Positions 48,951 through 60,624 are shown, numbered from the stretch's first letter. The stretch: 64,000 bases of DNA from an uncultured Ignavibacterium sp. (GCA_937942875.1 CALEBT010000044.1:1677-65676), one strand, 5' to 3'. A program made the numbers and translations. The notes: a model not told the origin generated them from the sequence alone.

Positions 48951-51900
48951 CTATTGTTTTATTTCGTCAACTTCTTTGTCTTCTTTAAGTTCCTGCTGCT
49001 CTTTTTCTCCTAAAATCAGGTTACGATACTTCTTCAAACCTGTACCTGCCGGGATTAAGTGTCCCATAACAATATTTTCCTTTAATCCATTAAGATGATC
49101 TGTCTTTGCTTCGACGGCAGCATTTGCAAGAACTTTGGTAGTTTCCTGAAATGAAGCAGCCGATAGCCAGCTCTCTGTTGAAAGAGCAGCTGATGTAATT
49201 CCGAGCAAAATGTTTTCGAATGTTGCTGGTTCTGTTTCCCTGGTTATAATTTCTTTCTTACCTTTTTTCTTAAGATCGCTATTAACTTCTCTGATTTTTG
49301 CTTTGGATATCAACTGTCCATTTTTATACTTCGAATCACCTTTATCTACGATGTAAAGTAAATTGCTAATGCGTTCATTTTCTTCTAAAAACTTAACTTT
49401 ATCGACTAGATCTTCTTCTAAAAATTTTGTATCACCCGGATTCCTTACCTTAACTTTTTGAAGCATTTGTCTAACAATTACTTCAATATGTTTATCATTT
49501 ATTTTTACTCCCTGTAGGCGATAAACTTCCTGAATTTCATTCACTAAATATTCCTGAACAGCATTAGTACCTTTTATTGAGAGTATATCGTGAGGGTTAA
49601 CCGGTCCGTCAGTAATTTTCTCACCTGCAGGTATTTCATCACCTTCCTGAACCAATATATGTTTTTGTAGTGGAACACTATAACGTTTTTCGTCTGAACC
49701 ATCTGCAGCAGTTACAATAATTTCTCTTGTACCTTTTTTCCTTGCTCCAAACTTTACAATACCTTCAATTTCTGATACAATAGCTGGATCGTGAGGACTT
49801 CTTGCTTCAAAAAGTTCTGTAACTCTGGGCAGACCACCAGTAATATCTCTACTTTTTGCTGTTTGCTTGGAAATTTTGGCCAGAACGGTACCAGCTGAAA
49901 TAGTTTCGCCTTCATCAACGCTAATGAAAGATCTGATAGGCAAGTTGAATGATTTGATTTCGCCTGATGGACTCTCTATTAAAATACTAGGAGTAAGAGT
50001 CTTATCTTTTGATTCAATAACTACTTTTTGAACGTGAAGAGTTTGTTCGTCAGTTACCTGTTGAAGGGTTATTCCTTCAATTAAATCAACATACTTAACA
50101 ATACCACCTGTATCAGAGACAACCACAGAGTTATATGGATCGTGATTAAAAAGTGCTTGTCTCTTTTTAACGAAATCACCTTCATTAACTAATAATTCGG
50201 CACCATAAGGAACATCATATTTTTTAATTTGCCTATGATTTTCATCTATTATTTCTATTACACCTCTTCTACCTATAACTACTTTTGTCACTGTATCATT
50301 TAGATCAAGAGGATTTTTAGTTCTCTTCTCGACAAATTGAATTTTATCGAATCTAATATATCCCTCAATATTAGTCTCTAACTGAGATTGGGAAGCAATA
50401 CGAGATGAAGTTCCACCCAAGTGGAAAGTTCTTAGGGTTAACTGAGTTCCAGGCTCACCAATTGACTGTGCGGCAATTATTCCTACAGCTTCACCAACTT
50501 CAACTAATTTTCCTGTAGTCAGATTTCTTCCATAGCATTTAGCGCAAACACCTCTTTTGGATTCACAAGTTAATACTGTTCTGATATATACTGTATCAAT
50601 ATTAGAGTCTTCAATCTTTTCAGCTATATCATCAGTGATCATTTCTCCGGCAGATACAATTAACTCGTCGGTTTTGGGATCGTAGACATCTTGCTGAGCT
50701 ACTCTTCCCGAAATTCTTTCTGCAAGCGGTTCTCTTTCTTCTTCAACATCCTTTAAAGCTTTAACTTCAATTCCTAAGATAGATCCACAATCAATTTCAG
50801 AAATAATCACATCCTGAGCAACGTCAACTAATCTTCTTGTAAGATAACCAGCATCAGCAGTTTTTAATGCAGTATCGGCCAAACCTTTTCGAGCGCCGTG
50901 CGTTGATATAAAATATTCAAGTACTGAAAGACCTTCTTTAAAGTTAGCAACAATCGGATTTTCAATAATTTCTCCTGCCTGACCAGTTAGAGATTTCTGG
51001 GGTTTCATCATTAATCCTCTCATACCTGCTAATTGTCTAACCTGCTCCTGTGAACCTCTCGCACCTGAGTCAACCATCATATGAAGAGAATTAAATCCCT
51101 GATTGTGCTGTTTAATTTTATCAATCAATGCTCTGGATACATTATTTGTTGTATGAGTCCAAACATCTATAATCTTGTTATATCTCTCTGCATCAGTAAT
51201 AACGCCCATTTCATGTTCATTTAATATTGATTCGACTTTTCTGTTTGCCTGATCAATTAGTTTTTCTTTTTCTTCCGGAACCACCATATCTATAAAACTA
51301 ATTGAAATACCACCAAGCGATGCATACTTAAATCCAATATCTTTCAAATCATCCAGAAATTTTGCTGTTACTTTGTTGCCAAGCTTCATAAACATTTTGC
51401 CAATCAAAGAGCTGAAGTTCTTTTTGACAAGAAGCTGATTGATGAAGCCCATTTCTTTCGGAACGATTTGATTGAAAATTACTCTTCCAACAGTAGTTTC
51501 AATTAGTTGTCCATCAATCCTGACCTTAATCTTTGCGTGCAATCCAACAACGCCGGTATCATAAGCAATAATAACTTCTTCTGTTGAAGGGAATAGCATT
51601 CCTTCCCCTTTATCACCTTCCCTCATTTTTGTAAGATAATAGCAACCCAAAACTATGTCTTGAGTCGGAAGGACAATTGGACTGCCATTTTGAGGGGAGA
51701 GAATATTATGGCTACTAAGCATCAAGAGAATAGCTTCAAGCTGCGCTTCATAAGACAATGGAACGTGCACAGCCATTTGGTCCCCGTCAAAGTCGGCATT
51801 GAATGCTGTACAAACCATCGGATGTAACTGGATTGCTTTTTCATCAATTAATATCGGCTGAAATGCCTGAATTCCTAATCTGTGCAAAGTTGGAGCTCTA

Positions 51901-53204
51901 TTTAATAATACCGGATGCCCTTCAATAATCTTTGCAAGGATTTCCCAAATAATCGGATCTTTTCTATCTACAACTTTTCTTGCACTTTTAACAGTTTTAT
52001 TATGACCTCTTTCAATAAGTTTACGAATGATAAATGGCTTGAACAATTCAACAGCCATATCTTTGGGCAATCCGCATTGATGAAGTTTCAATTCCGGACC
52101 AACAACAATTACTGAACGACCTGAGTAATCCACTCTTTTACCAAGCAGGTTCTGTCTGAAACGCCCCTGCTTTCCTTTAAGCATATCACTGAGCGATTTT
52201 AATGGACGATTATTATCACTTCTTACAGCACTTCCTCTCCTTGAGTTATCAAAAAGTGCGTCAACAGCCTCCTGAAGCATTCTTTTTTCATTTCTTAATA
52301 TCACCTCAGGAGCTTTAATATCCATCAAACGCTTTAATCTATTATTTCTGATAATAACTCTTCTGTACAAATCATTAAGATCACTGGTTGCAAATCTACC
52401 GCCTTCTAATGGAACTAATGGTCTTAATTCGGGTGGTATGACAGGTATATAGCTAAGAACCATCCACTCGGGTTTATTGGGAATTTTATTTTCTTCTTCT
52501 TTAAAGGATTCGATCACTCTTAATCGTTTCAATAAATCAGCTTTTTTCTGCTGAGATGTTTCAGTAGTTAATTGTTCACGCAACTGGAATGCAAGTTGTT
52601 CTATATTAGTTTTTTTCAGAATTTCTTTAACTGCATCGCCACCTATTCGCGCAACGAATTTTCTTGGGTCTTCATCATCAAGTTTTTCATTTCCATCTGG
52701 AAGTGAATTTAAAACTTCATAGTATTGCTCTTCAGAAATAAGGTCAAGTCTTTTAAGTCCGGTTGGACCTGGATTGAGGACGAGATAAGATTCATAATAA
52801 ACAACTTTTTCTAATTCTTTTAGACTAATTCCGATTATATTACCAATTTTTGAGGGCTGAGTTTTGAAGAACCAAATATGAACAATGGGAACTGCAAGAG
52901 ATAAATGGCCCATTCTTTCTCTTCTGACACTTTTTTGTGTAACTTCCACTCCGCAACGGTCGCAGATAATTCCCTTGTATCTGATTCTCTTATATTTGCC
53001 GCAGTAACATTCCCAATCTCTTGTCGGTCCAAAAATCTTTTCACAGAACAAACCATCTTTTTCTGGTCTGAAAGTTCTGTAGTTTATTGTTTCCGGTTTA
53101 GTAACTTCTCCGCGTGACCTATTGAGTATGTCATCAGGACTAGCTAAACTGAGAGTAATATAATTTATATCTTTTATTAAATTTTCTTGAACTTTGAACG
53201 CCAT
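48951..53204 (-). CDS. rpoC: RNA polymerase beta' subunit
   Basis: NADFDGD, Zn fingers, GKQGRFR. Confidence 0.99.
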   Translation of the reverse strand: MAFKVQENLIKDINYITLSLASPDDILNRSRGEVTKPETINYRTFRPEKDGLFCEKIFGPTRDWECYCGKYKRIRYKGIICDRCGVEVTQKSVRRERMGHLSLAVPIVHIWFFKTQPSKIGNIIGISLKELEKVVYYESYLVLNPGPTGLKRLDLISEEQYYEVLNSLPDGNEKLDDEDPRKFVARIGGDAVKEILKKTNIEQLAFQLREQLTTETSQQKKADLLKRLRVIESFKEEENKIPNKPEWMVLSYIPVIPPELRPLVPLEGGRFATSDLNDLYRRVIIRNNRLKRLMDIKAPEVILRNEKRMLQEAVDALFDNSRRGSAVRSDNNRPLKSLSDMLKGKQGRFRQNLLGKRVDYSGRSVIVVGPELKLHQCGLPKDMAVELFKPFIIRKLIERGHNKTVKSARKVVDRKDPIIWEILAKIIEGHPVLLNRAPTLHRLGIQAFQPILIDEKAIQLHPMVCTAFNADFDGDQMAVHVPLSYEAQLEAILLMLSSHNILSPQNGSPIVLPTQDIVLGCYYLTKMREGDKGEGMLFPSTEEVIIAYDTGVVGLHAKIKVRIDGQLIETTVGRVIFNQIVPKEMGFINQLLVKKNFSSLIGKMFMKLGNKVTAKFLDDLKDIGFKYASLGGISISFIDMVVPEEKEKLIDQANRKVESILNEHEMGVITDAERYNKIIDVWTHTTNNVSRALIDKIKQHNQGFNSLHMMVDSGARGSQEQVRQLAGMRGLMMKPQKSLTGQAGEIIENPIVANFKEGLSVLEYFISTHGARKGLADTALKTADAGYLTRRLVDVAQDVIISEIDCGSILGIEVKALKDVEEEREPLAERISGRVAQQDVYDPKTDELIVSAGEMITDDIAEKIEDSNIDTVYIRTVLTCESKRGVCAKCYGRNLTTGKLVEVGEAVGIIAAQSIGEPGTQLTLRTFHLGGTSSRIASQSQLETNIEGYIRFDKIQFVEKRTKNPLDLNDTVTKVVIGRRGVIEIIDENHRQIKKYDVPYGAELLVNEGDFVKKRQALFNHDPYNSVVVSDTGGIVKYVDLIEGITLQQVTDEQTLHVQKVVIESKDKTLTPSILIESPSGEIKSFNLPIRSFISVDEGETISAGTVLAKISKQTAKSRDITGGLPRVTELFEARSPHDPAIVSEIEGIVKFGARKKGTREIIVTAADGSDEKRYSVPLQKHILVQEGDEIPAGEKITDGPVNPHDILSIKGTNAVQEYLVNEIQEVYRLQGVKINDKHIEVIVRQMLQKVKVRNPGDTKFLEEDLVDKVKFLEENERISNLLYIVDKGDSKYKNGQLISKAKIREVNSDLKKKGKKEIITRETEPATFENILLGITSAALSTESWLSAASFQETTKVLANAAVEAKTDHLNGLKENIVMGHLIPAGTGLKKYRNLILGEKEQQELKEDKEVDEIKQ

Positions 53205-53243
53205 TGTTAAATTTCTCCTAAATTCTTATACGTTAAAACGCAT

Positions 53244-56200
53244 TTAATTTATTTTCAATTCTAATCCCAGACCCTGTAATTCTTTAATCATAACATTGAA
53301 CGCTTCAGGAATATTTGGTTCAGGTAAGTTTTCACCTTTAACCAAAGCTTCATAAACTTTAGCTCTACCATTAACATCATCACTTTTCACAGTAAGGATT
53401 TCCTGTAAAATATGAGATGCGCCATAACCTTCTAATGCCCACACTTCCATTTCTCCGAATCTTTGACCACCAAATTGTGCTTTACCACCTAATGGTTGTT
53501 GTGTAATAAGTGAATATGGACCAATTGACCTTGCGTGAATTTTATCATCAACTAAGTGACTAAGTTTGAGCATATAGATATATCCGCAAGTTACTTTTTG
53601 ATGGAATTTTTCGCCGGTTCTTCCATCAAACAATTCGGTTTTTGATCCGGGGTCAATGCCTGCTTTATCTAAATATTTTTCTACATCTTCAAGAGTTGCA
53701 CCATCAAAAATCGGAGTAGCAAACCTTACACCAAGCTTCTTTCCGACCCAACCTAAAACAGTTTCATATAATTGACCCAAATTCATTCTTGAAGGGACAC
53801 CAAGAGGATTTAATATAATATCAACAGGAGTTCCGTCAGCTAAAAACGGCATATCTTCAACCGGGACAATTTTAGCAACAACACCTTTATTACCGTGTCG
53901 TCCGGCCATTTTATCACCAACAGTAAGTTTTCGCTTTTTAGCAACGTAAACTTTTGCGAGTTGAACAATCCCTGGAGGGAGTTCATCACCACTTTGAATT
54001 TTAATTTTTTCTTTTTTGTATTCTTCTTCGATATCTGACTTTATATCAAAATAATTTCTGAATAAAGTAGATATCATATTGTTTATTTTTTTCGATTCAA
54101 ACCATTCAGAAGTGTAATCAAGTTTTGTCACGTCTTCCATATCGGAAAAGGTATTGGATTTTATGATCGTTCCACTTCTTAAAACCAAACTACCATCGAG
54201 GTCTCTGATGCTTGTTGTAGTGTGTCCTTCAGTTATTTTTGTTAACTTTTCAACCAGCTTATTATAATGTTGATTTAATCTGTTATTATAATCTTTTTCT
54301 AACTGCTCGAATATGGATTTTTCGTGCTTTTTAGATTCTCCATCTCTTTTCTTTCTACTGAACAATCTTGTTTTAATAACCGTGCCGCGAAGTCCTGGTG
54401 AAGCACGTAGGGATGCATCCTTAACATCACCAGCTTTATCTCCGAAAATAGCTCTTAATAATTTTTCTTCAGGAGTCGGATCGGTTTCACCTTTTGGAGT
54501 TATTTTACCAATTAAGATATCCCCTTCTTTAACAACAGCACCTTCTCTGATAACACCATTTTCATCCAGATTTTTTACTGCCTCTTCACTTACGTTCGGA
54601 ATTTCGCGTGTAAGTTCCTCTTCACCTCTTTTAGTTTCACGTACTGATAATTCAAATTCCTCTATATGAATTGATGTATAAACATCTTCCTTAACTATTT
54701 TCTCACTAATAATAATAGCATCTTCAAAGTTATAACCTCGCCAGGGCATAAATGCAACAAGTACATTTCTTCCTAAAGCTAATTCTCCGCCATCAGTAGC
54801 AGCACCATCAGCGATAACATCACCTTTTTTAATTCTTTGTCCTTCTTTGACTATTGGCTTTTGATTTATACAAGTTTCCTGATTAGTACCCTGGAATTTT
54901 AAGAGATTATAGATAACCTCTCTAGTTTCATTAAAGCTAGTGAGAGCTTCAAAACTATTTGGATTTATGTCATATTTAACTATTACTTTCGTTGAATCAA
55001 CATAGCTTACAAGACCATCATCCTCAGCGATTATTAGAGACCTTGAATCTCTTGCAATTTTTCCCTCCATACCAGTCCCAACAATTGGAGCTTCTGGTTT
55101 AAGGAGAGGAACTGCCTGACGTTGCATATTCGAACCCATCAAAGCTCTGTTAGCATCGTCATGCTCTAAAAACGGAATTAAGGCTGCTGCCGCACTAACA
55201 ATCTGAGACGGAGCAACATCCATATAATTTATTTCCTCAGGATGAACGATTGGAAATTCACCCTTAAATCTTGACTTAACCCGTTCATTCAGAAAACTTC
55301 CCTGTTCATCAATTGGAGCATTTGCCTGAGCTATAATAAAATTGTCTTCTTTTTCAGCAGAGAGATATTCAACTTCATTTGTCACTTTGCCTTTAACTAC
55401 TTTTCGATAAGGTGTTTCCAGAAATCCATATTTATTAACACGAGCATAAATTGTTAACGAAGATATCAAACCAATATTCGGACCTTCGGGTGTTTCAATA
55501 GGACATAATCTTCCGTAATGCGTATAATGAACGTCACGAACTTCAAATCCTGCTCTTTCACGTGTTAATCCACCAGGACCTAAAGCGGACATTCTTCGTT
55601 TATGTGTTAACTCTGCTAATGGATTGGTCTGATCCATAAACTGAGAGAGTTGATTTGTTCCGAAGAATGCATTAATAACACTTGATATTGTGCGGGCATT
55701 GACTAAATCCTGAGGAGTAAACTTTTCGTTATCTCTCATATTCATTCGTTCTTTAATAGTCCTTGCCATACGAGCCATACCTACATTAAGCTGTTGAGCA
55801 AGCTGTTCACCAACAGTTCTAATTCTTCTATTACCTAAATGATCTATATCATCTACCGGAGCATCACCATTCTTTAAATCGATAAGATATTTCATTATTG
55901 CGACAATATCCTGCTTTGTAAGAACGGTTGTTGTTTCAGGAATATCTAACTTCAACTTATTATTCATTCTATTACGACCAACTTCACCTAAATCGTAACG
56001 TTTATCGTTGAAGAATAATTTATCAATCAATTGGGCAGCTGTTTCTAAATCCGGTGCTTCGCCGGTTCTTAATTGTCTGTAAATCGAAAAAAGCGCTTCT
56101 TCTCTTGATGTTGAAGTGTCTTTCTGAAGTGTATTTACAATAAGATTTTGTTCTGGTGTTCTTTCTTGTTTTACAAACTTTAATACTTCAACTTCTGCTT

Positions 56201-57002
56201 CTTTTACTCTTTCGATATCTTCTTCGCTAAAAATAGCACCGCGGGTCAGGAAAATTTCACCAGTTGATAAATCAAAAATATCACTACCAATCATTCTTCC
56301 GATAAAATTTTCAAGCTTTGCTTTTTTAACAACAACTTCTTCAATCATATCAAATAGTTTAAGAATCTGCTCATCAGACTCATACCCGAGAGCACGTAAT
56401 AATGTAGTGGCCGGGAATTTCTTACGTCTATCAATGTAAACATACATTACGTAGTTGATATCAGTTGCAAATTCTACCCAGGAACCTTTGAAAGGAATAA
56501 TTCTCGCAGTATAAATAGGGGTACCATTAGGATGTATCGTCTGGGAGAATGCAACACCAGGTGACCTATGAAGCTGGGAAACTATTACTCTTTCAGCACC
56601 ATTTATAATAAATGTTCCTCTGAAAGTCATAAAAGGAAGGTTACCAAGATATACTTCCTGTTCAATAGCATTAACAAATTCCCCAGTATCAATATCTTTT
56701 TGAGTCAATCTTAATTTTGCCTTGAGGGGAGCAGAGTAAGTCAAACCTCTTTCAAGACATTCCTGAAGTGTAAATCTGGGTTTCTCAATGTAATATTCTA
56801 CAAAATCTAATCTGAAAAGTTCTTTGTTATCCAAAATGGGAAAATTTGAAGTGAAAACTTGTTGCAATCCTTTATTTTCTCTTTTTGAAGGATGGTGATT
56901 TAATTGCAGAAACTCTTCAAACACCTCAGTTTGAATGCCCAATAAATCAGGCATATCAATCACAGCATTTATTTTACCAAAATTTATTCGATTACTATCC
57001 AA
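53244..57002 (-). CDS. rpoB: RNA polymerase beta subunit (TTG start)
   Basis: GDKMAGRHGNKG, SQFMDQ; start moved to TTG 57002 after the AGGAGG SD. Confidence 0.97.
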   Translation of the reverse strand: MDSNRINFGKINAVIDMPDLLGIQTEVFEEFLQLNHHPSKRENKGLQQVFTSNFPILDNKELFRLDFVEYYIEKPRFTLQECLERGLTYSAPLKAKLRLTQKDIDTGEFVNAIEQEVYLGNLPFMTFRGTFIINGAERVIVSQLHRSPGVAFSQTIHPNGTPIYTARIIPFKGSWVEFATDINYVMYVYIDRRKKFPATTLLRALGYESDEQILKLFDMIEEVVVKKAKLENFIGRMIGSDIFDLSTGEIFLTRGAIFSEEDIERVKEAEVEVLKFVKQERTPEQNLIVNTLQKDTSTSREEALFSIYRQLRTGEAPDLETAAQLIDKLFFNDKRYDLGEVGRNRMNNKLKLDIPETTTVLTKQDIVAIMKYLIDLKNGDAPVDDIDHLGNRRIRTVGEQLAQQLNVGMARMARTIKERMNMRDNEKFTPQDLVNARTISSVINAFFGTNQLSQFMDQTNPLAELTHKRRMSALGPGGLTRERAGFEVRDVHYTHYGRLCPIETPEGPNIGLISSLTIYARVNKYGFLETPYRKVVKGKVTNEVEYLSAEKEDNFIIAQANAPIDEQGSFLNERVKSRFKGEFPIVHPEEINYMDVAPSQIVSAAAALIPFLEHDDANRALMGSNMQRQAVPLLKPEAPIVGTGMEGKIARDSRSLIIAEDDGLVSYVDSTKVIVKYDINPNSFEALTSFNETREVIYNLLKFQGTNQETCINQKPIVKEGQRIKKGDVIADGAATDGGELALGRNVLVAFMPWRGYNFEDAIIISEKIVKEDVYTSIHIEEFELSVRETKRGEEELTREIPNVSEEAVKNLDENGVIREGAVVKEGDILIGKITPKGETDPTPEEKLLRAIFGDKAGDVKDASLRASPGLRGTVIKTRLFSRKKRDGESKKHEKSIFEQLEKDYNNRLNQHYNKLVEKLTKITEGHTTTSIRDLDGSLVLRSGTIIKSNTFSDMEDVTKLDYTSEWFESKKINNMISTLFRNYFDIKSDIEEEYKKEKIKIQSGDELPPGIVQLAKVYVAKKRKLTVGDKMAGRHGNKGVVAKIVPVEDMPFLADGTPVDIILNPLGVPSRMNLGQLYETVLGWVGKKLGVRFATPIFDGATLEDVEKYLDKAGIDPGSKTELFDGRTGEKFHQKVTCGYIYMLKLSHLVDDKIHARSIGPYSLITQQPLGGKAQFGGQRFGEMEVWALEGYGASHILQEILTVKSDDVNGRAKVYEALVKGENLPEPNIPEAFNVMIKELQGLGLELKIN

Positions 57003-57052
57003 TTGGATTCCTCCTAAACAATTTCTATTTGCAAAACTCAAATAATAAATAC

Positions 57053-57092
57053 AACAAAGCGATAAAATGCTTTTGCACTTTATCACTTTGTT
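57053..57092 (-). terminator. rplL-rpoB attenuator-like hairpin
   Basis: Minus strand AACAAAGTGATAAAGTGC-AAAA-GCATTTTATCGCTTTGTT-GTATTT. Confidence 0.65.
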
Positions 57093-57112
57093 AAAAAGAG
57101 TAAGAAAACTGA

Positions 57113-57493
57113 TTATTTTACAGAAACAGTTGCGCCTGCTTCTTCTAATTCTTTTTTAATTTTTTCTGCTTCGTCTTTTGAGATACCTTCTTTAACAGTT
57201 TTTGGTGCACCATCAACCAAATCTTTTGCTTCTTTTAATCCTAAACCGGTATGAGCCCTTACAACTTTAATAACGTTAATTTTCTTGTCACCTGCTGCTT
57301 GAAGAATAACATCAAATTCTGTTTTTTCTTCAGCTGCTGCTGCTTCGCCACCCGCAACCGGACCACCAGCGACAACAACAGGTGCAGCTGCTGTTACTCC
57401 AAATTCATTCTCTAATGCTTTTTTTAATTCTGAAGCTTCCATTAAAGATAAAGCTTTAATTTTTTCTACTATTTCTGCAATTTTTTCTGACAT
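57113..57493 (-). CDS. rplL: 50S ribosomal protein L7/L12
   Basis: [16 protein letters not shown]. Confidence 0.98.
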   Translation of the reverse strand: MSEKIAEIVEKIKALSLMEASELKKALENEFGVTAAAPVVVAGGPVAGGEAAAAEEKTEFDVILQAAGDKKINVIKVVRAHTGLGLKEAKDLVDGAPKTVKEGISKDEAEKIKKELEEAGATVSVK

Positions 57494-57520
57494 TTTATAT
57501 TCTCCTATTATTTTATTTTC

Positions 57521-58039
57521 TTATGCTGCTTTTTTTGATATTTGATCTATAACGCTGATTAAATCACGAATCACAGCGTTAATTGAACCAACAATTCCCG
57601 AAGCCGGAGCGTTTATACTTGATAAAATTCCAGCAACAATCTCACTTTTAGTTGGCAAGCTTGCCAAAGCATCAAGTTGATTCCCACTGAAAAATTCAGT
57701 TTCTATATAACAAGCCTTCAATGAAAATTTCTTGTTATTATCCGTAAATTTCTTGATTATCTTAGCAGGAGCAGTTGGATCTTTAGTGGCAAAGGCAAAT
57801 CCTGACATCCCAACTAAATTATCTGCTAATTTTGGATATTTGCCAGCCTCAACAAGAGCTCTTTTAAATAAAGTATTTTTAAATACTTTGTATTTAACTC
57901 CTTCTTTCCTAAACTGATTTCTTAAATCTGTAATATCTGCTACATTTATTCCGGAATAATCAGCAACATAGACAGCATTAGATTCTTCAATCAGTTTTCT
58001 CGCTTCGTTAATTATTTCAGTTTTTTCGTTCTTTTTCAT
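57521..58039 (-). CDS. rplJ: 50S ribosomal protein L10
   Basis: DY.G..V, KNTL, LA.LP; synteny. Confidence 0.96.
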   Translation of the reverse strand: MKKNEKTEIINEARKLIEESNAVYVADYSGINVADITDLRNQFRKEGVKYKVFKNTLFKRALVEAGKYPKLADNLVGMSGFAFATKDPTAPAKIIKKFTDNNKKFSLKACYIETEFFSGNQLDALASLPTKSEIVAGILSSINAPASGIVGSINAVIRDLISVIDQISKKAA

Positions 58040-58112
58040 AAATCTCCTGATTCAGAATTTATATAAATCGAGACATTTGTTTGAAGCATTTATTTTTTGA
58101 GTGCGTAATTTC

Positions 58113-58817
58113 TTATTTAGTCTGCTGAGTTTGAATTTCTTCTTTGGAAATTTTTATTCCAGGTCCCATTGTTGATGAAAGAAATAAACTTCTGACATAT
58201 TGACCTTTTGCAGTTGAAGGTTTCATCTTCAAAATTGTATTAATGAATGCCCGGGTATTATCTGCAAGCTGATTTACATCAAAATCTAACTTACCTAACA
58301 TTGCGTGAACGATACCACTTTTATCAACTCTGAATTCAATTTTACCTGCTTTAACTTCCTTAACAGCTTTTGCCACATCCATTGTAACAGTACCACTTTT
58401 TGGATTAGGCATCAAACCTTTCGGGCCAAGAATTTTTCCAAGTTTTCCTAATTCAACCATAGAATCCGGAGTAGCAATAACAACATCCACATCAGCCCAG
58501 CCACCTTTTATTTTCTCAATATATTCTTCAAATCCTGCGAAATCAGCTCCCGCATCGAGTGCTTCCTGAATTTTAGCTCCTTTGCATATCACCAATACTT
58601 TAACTTGTTTTCCGGTTCCGTGTGGAAGTGAAACCGTACCTCTGACCATTTGATCTGCATGGCGTGGATCAACTCCCAACCTTATGGCACAATCTAAAGA
58701 TTCAACAAATTTTACAGAGGAATTATCCTTTAATGTTTTTATAGCTTCTTCTATTGTATATTCTTTAGATAATTCGACTTTTTCTCTTATTTTTTTAACT
58801 CTTTTTGAGATTTTCAT
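58113..58817 (-). CDS. rplA: 50S ribosomal protein L1
   Basis: LGP.GLMPNPK.GTV, STMGPG. Confidence 0.98.
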   Translation of the reverse strand: MKISKRVKKIREKVELSKEYTIEEAIKTLKDNSSVKFVESLDCAIRLGVDPRHADQMVRGTVSLPHGTGKQVKVLVICKGAKIQEALDAGADFAGFEEYIEKIKGGWADVDVVIATPDSMVELGKLGKILGPKGLMPNPKSGTVTMDVAKAVKEVKAGKIEFRVDKSGIVHAMLGKLDFDVNQLADNTRAFINTILKMKPSTAKGQYVRSLFLSSTMGPGIKISKEEIQTQQTK

Positions 58818-58840
58818 AATTCACCTAAATTTCTATTAGA

Positions 58841-59266
58841 TTATTCTTCAACAGTAATACCCATACTTCTGGCTGTACCAGCTATCATACTGGCTGCATG
58901 CTCTATATCGAAAGCATTAAGATCAGGCATTTTTAGTTTGGCAATTTCTTCAACCTGAGCTTTTGTAACTTTTCCGACTTTTGTTTTATTTGGTTCAGCG
59001 GAACCTTTCTCAATTTTAGCAGCCTTTGTCAATAAGACTGCTGCTGGAGGTGTCTTGGTTATGAATGTAAAAGATTTATCACTGAAAACAGTTATCACTA
59101 CCGGAATAATCAATCCTTCTTTATCCTGAGTTCTTGCGTTAAACTGTTTACAGAACTCCATAATATTTACACCTTTTTGACCGAGAGCAGGACCAATTGG
59201 AGGCGATGGATTAGCCTTACCAGCCGGAATTTGTAATTTGATATAACCTTCTATTTTCTTTGCCAT
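58841..59266 (-). CDS. rplK: 50S ribosomal protein L11
   Basis: P.PP.GPALGQ.G. Confidence 0.98.
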   Translation of the reverse strand: MAKKIEGYIKLQIPAGKANPSPPIGPALGQKGVNIMEFCKQFNARTQDKEGLIIPVVITVFSDKSFTFITKTPPAAVLLTKAAKIEKGSAEPNKTKVGKVTKAQVEEIAKLKMPDLNAFDIEHAASMIAGTARSMGITVEE

Positions 59267-59283
59267 AATAAATTTCCTAAATA

Positions 59284-59820
59284 TTATTTTTCTAATTCAG
59301 CTTGAATAAAATCTATTTCAACCGGAGCTTTTCTCCCGAATATTGAAACCATTACTTTAATTTTCATTTTTTCTTCATTTACTTCTTCAACTGTTCCGAT
59401 AAAATTATTGAATGGTCCATCAATAATTTTAACTAAATCACCTGTTCTGAATATAGTTTCAATTCTCTCACCACTACCATCCTGCATTATTCTGCCAACA
59501 ATTCTTTTTACTTCATCAGGTTGCAGTGGATTAGGAGTTTTCCCAGTACCTAAAAATCCCATTACTGATGGTGTGTTAAGTATAAAGTCTTTTACTCTGT
59601 TATCTAAGTCTGCATTAATAATCAAATAGCCGGGGAAAAAGTTTTTAGTTTTGCTTCTTTTTTTTCCATCTTTAACTTCAATTACTTTTTCAGTTGGCAC
59701 TAAAACATCGTGTATTTTAGCTTTTAACTCTTCATCATTCTTCATCTCTGCTTCAAGCAAAGCTTTTACTTTATTTTCGTGTCCTGAAAAAACTCTGAGG
59801 ACATACCATTTATGATCCAT
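59284..59820 (-). CDS. nusG: Transcription termination/antitermination factor NusG
   Basis: WY....SG.E, FPGY, KOW GPF..F.G, IFGR. Confidence 0.97.
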   Translation of the reverse strand: MDHKWYVLRVFSGHENKVKALLEAEMKNDEELKAKIHDVLVPTEKVIEVKDGKKRSKTKNFFPGYLIINADLDNRVKDFILNTPSVMGFLGTGKTPNPLQPDEVKRIVGRIMQDGSGERIETIFRTGDLVKIIDGPFNNFIGTVEEVNEEKMKIKVMVSIFGRKAPVEIDFIQAELEK

Positions 59821-59824
59821 AATA

Positions 59825-60007
59825 CTAAAAAATCCCTTTCAAAACCTGATTTATGAGCATATCAATCACATAAGTAAATACTGATAAAATTAAGCAAGCA
59901 ACGATCACAATTTTAGTGGATTCGAAAAGTTCTTCCTTGGTTGGCCAAGTAACTTTTTTCATCTCTTTAACAACATCCTGGAAAAAATTGATTATTTTTT
60001 CTTTCAT
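59825..60007 (-). CDS. secE: Preprotein translocase SecE
   Basis: EMKKVTWP.K.EL plus one TM helix. Confidence 0.95.
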   Translation of the reverse strand: MKEKIINFFQDVVKEMKKVTWPTKEELFESTKIVIVACLILSVFTYVIDMLINQVLKGIF

Positions 60008-60033
60008 ATTAAATCTTCATTAAATTATTAAAG

Positions 60034-60106
<73 letters not shown>

Positions 60107-60107
60107 A

Positions 60108-60272
60108 TTATTTAGTCTCTTTAAAGATCACGTGTTTTCGGGCGACCGGATCATATTTTTTATATTCAACTCTGGCAGGATGAGTTCTTTTGTTCTTTGT
60201 TGTTGTATATCTATATCCAGTACCAGCGGTGCTTTCCAAAACTATAATTTGTCTTGTGTTTCCTTTTGCCAT
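60108..60272 (-). CDS. rpmG: 50S ribosomal protein L33 (Zn-free form, 54 aa)
   Basis: Not in the ORF track; [54 protein letters not shown]. Confidence 0.96.
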   Translation of the reverse strand: MAKGNTRQIIVLESTAGTGYRYTTTKNKRTHPARVEYKKYDPVARKHVIFKETK

Positions 60273-60294
60273 AGATTAAATCTCCATTAAATTG

Positions 60295-60367
60295 AGCTGA
60301 TGACCGGGATTGAACCGGTGACCTCATCCTTACCAAGGATGTGCTCTACCAACTGAGCTACATCAGC
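60295..60367 (-). tRNA. tRNA-Thr(GGU)
   Basis: GCTGATGTAGCTCAGTTGGTAGAGCACATCCTT-GGT-AAGGATGAGGTCACCGGTTCAATCCCGGTCATCAGCT. Confidence 0.96.
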
Positions 60368-60386
60368 AAGATTTTTTTTATAATTG

Positions 60387-60459
60387 AGCGGGAGACGGGA
60401 CTCGAACCCGCGACCAACAGCTTGGAAGGCTGTGACTCTACCATCTGAGTTACTCCCGC
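60387..60459 (-). tRNA. tRNA-Gly(UCC)
   Basis: GCGGGAGTAACTCAGATGGTAGAGTCACAGCCT-TCC-AAGCTGTTGGTCGCGGGTTCGAGTCCCGTCTCCCGCT. Confidence 0.96.
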
Positions 60460-60506
60460 TTGTATTCTATCAATCACAAAATTTTTAAGAGCATCGACTA
60501 AATAGC

Positions 60507-60531
60507 AAAAAATACTCCCACTTGGGGAGTA
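60507..60531 (-). terminator. Intrinsic terminator between tRNA-Tyr and tRNA-Gly
   Basis: Minus strand TACTCCC-CAAGT-GGGAGTA-TTTTTT. Confidence 0.75.
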
Positions 60532-60540
60532 AGAATGAAG

Positions 60541-60624
60541 TGGGCGGCGAGGGATTCGAACCCCCAAAGGCTCACGCCAACGGATTTACAGTCCGCCCCG
60601 GCTCTCCAACTCCGGCGTCCGCCC
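60541..60624 (-). tRNA. tRNA-Tyr(GUA), atypical core
   Basis: GGGCGGA CG CCGG AGTTGGAGAG CCGG G GCGGA CT-GTA-AA TCCGT TGGCGTGAGCCTTT GGGGG TTCGAAT CCCTC GCCGCCC A. Confidence 0.9.

Noticed and set aside
55570-55670. Rifampicin-resistance substitutions in rpoB (also streptomycin sites in rpsL)
   Set aside because: The key Q, D, H, R and S residues of cluster I are wild-type-like, and the rpsL lysines in PKKPNS and RVKD are intact.
57003-57086. Cys-rich N-terminal extension of RpoB in the ORF track
   Set aside because: It lies over the intergenic hairpin; the AGGAGG SD points to TTG at 57002.
60358-60567. 69-aa minus-strand ORF
   Set aside because: It overlaps the tRNA-Tyr, tRNA-Gly and tRNA-Thr genes and is translated tRNA sequence.
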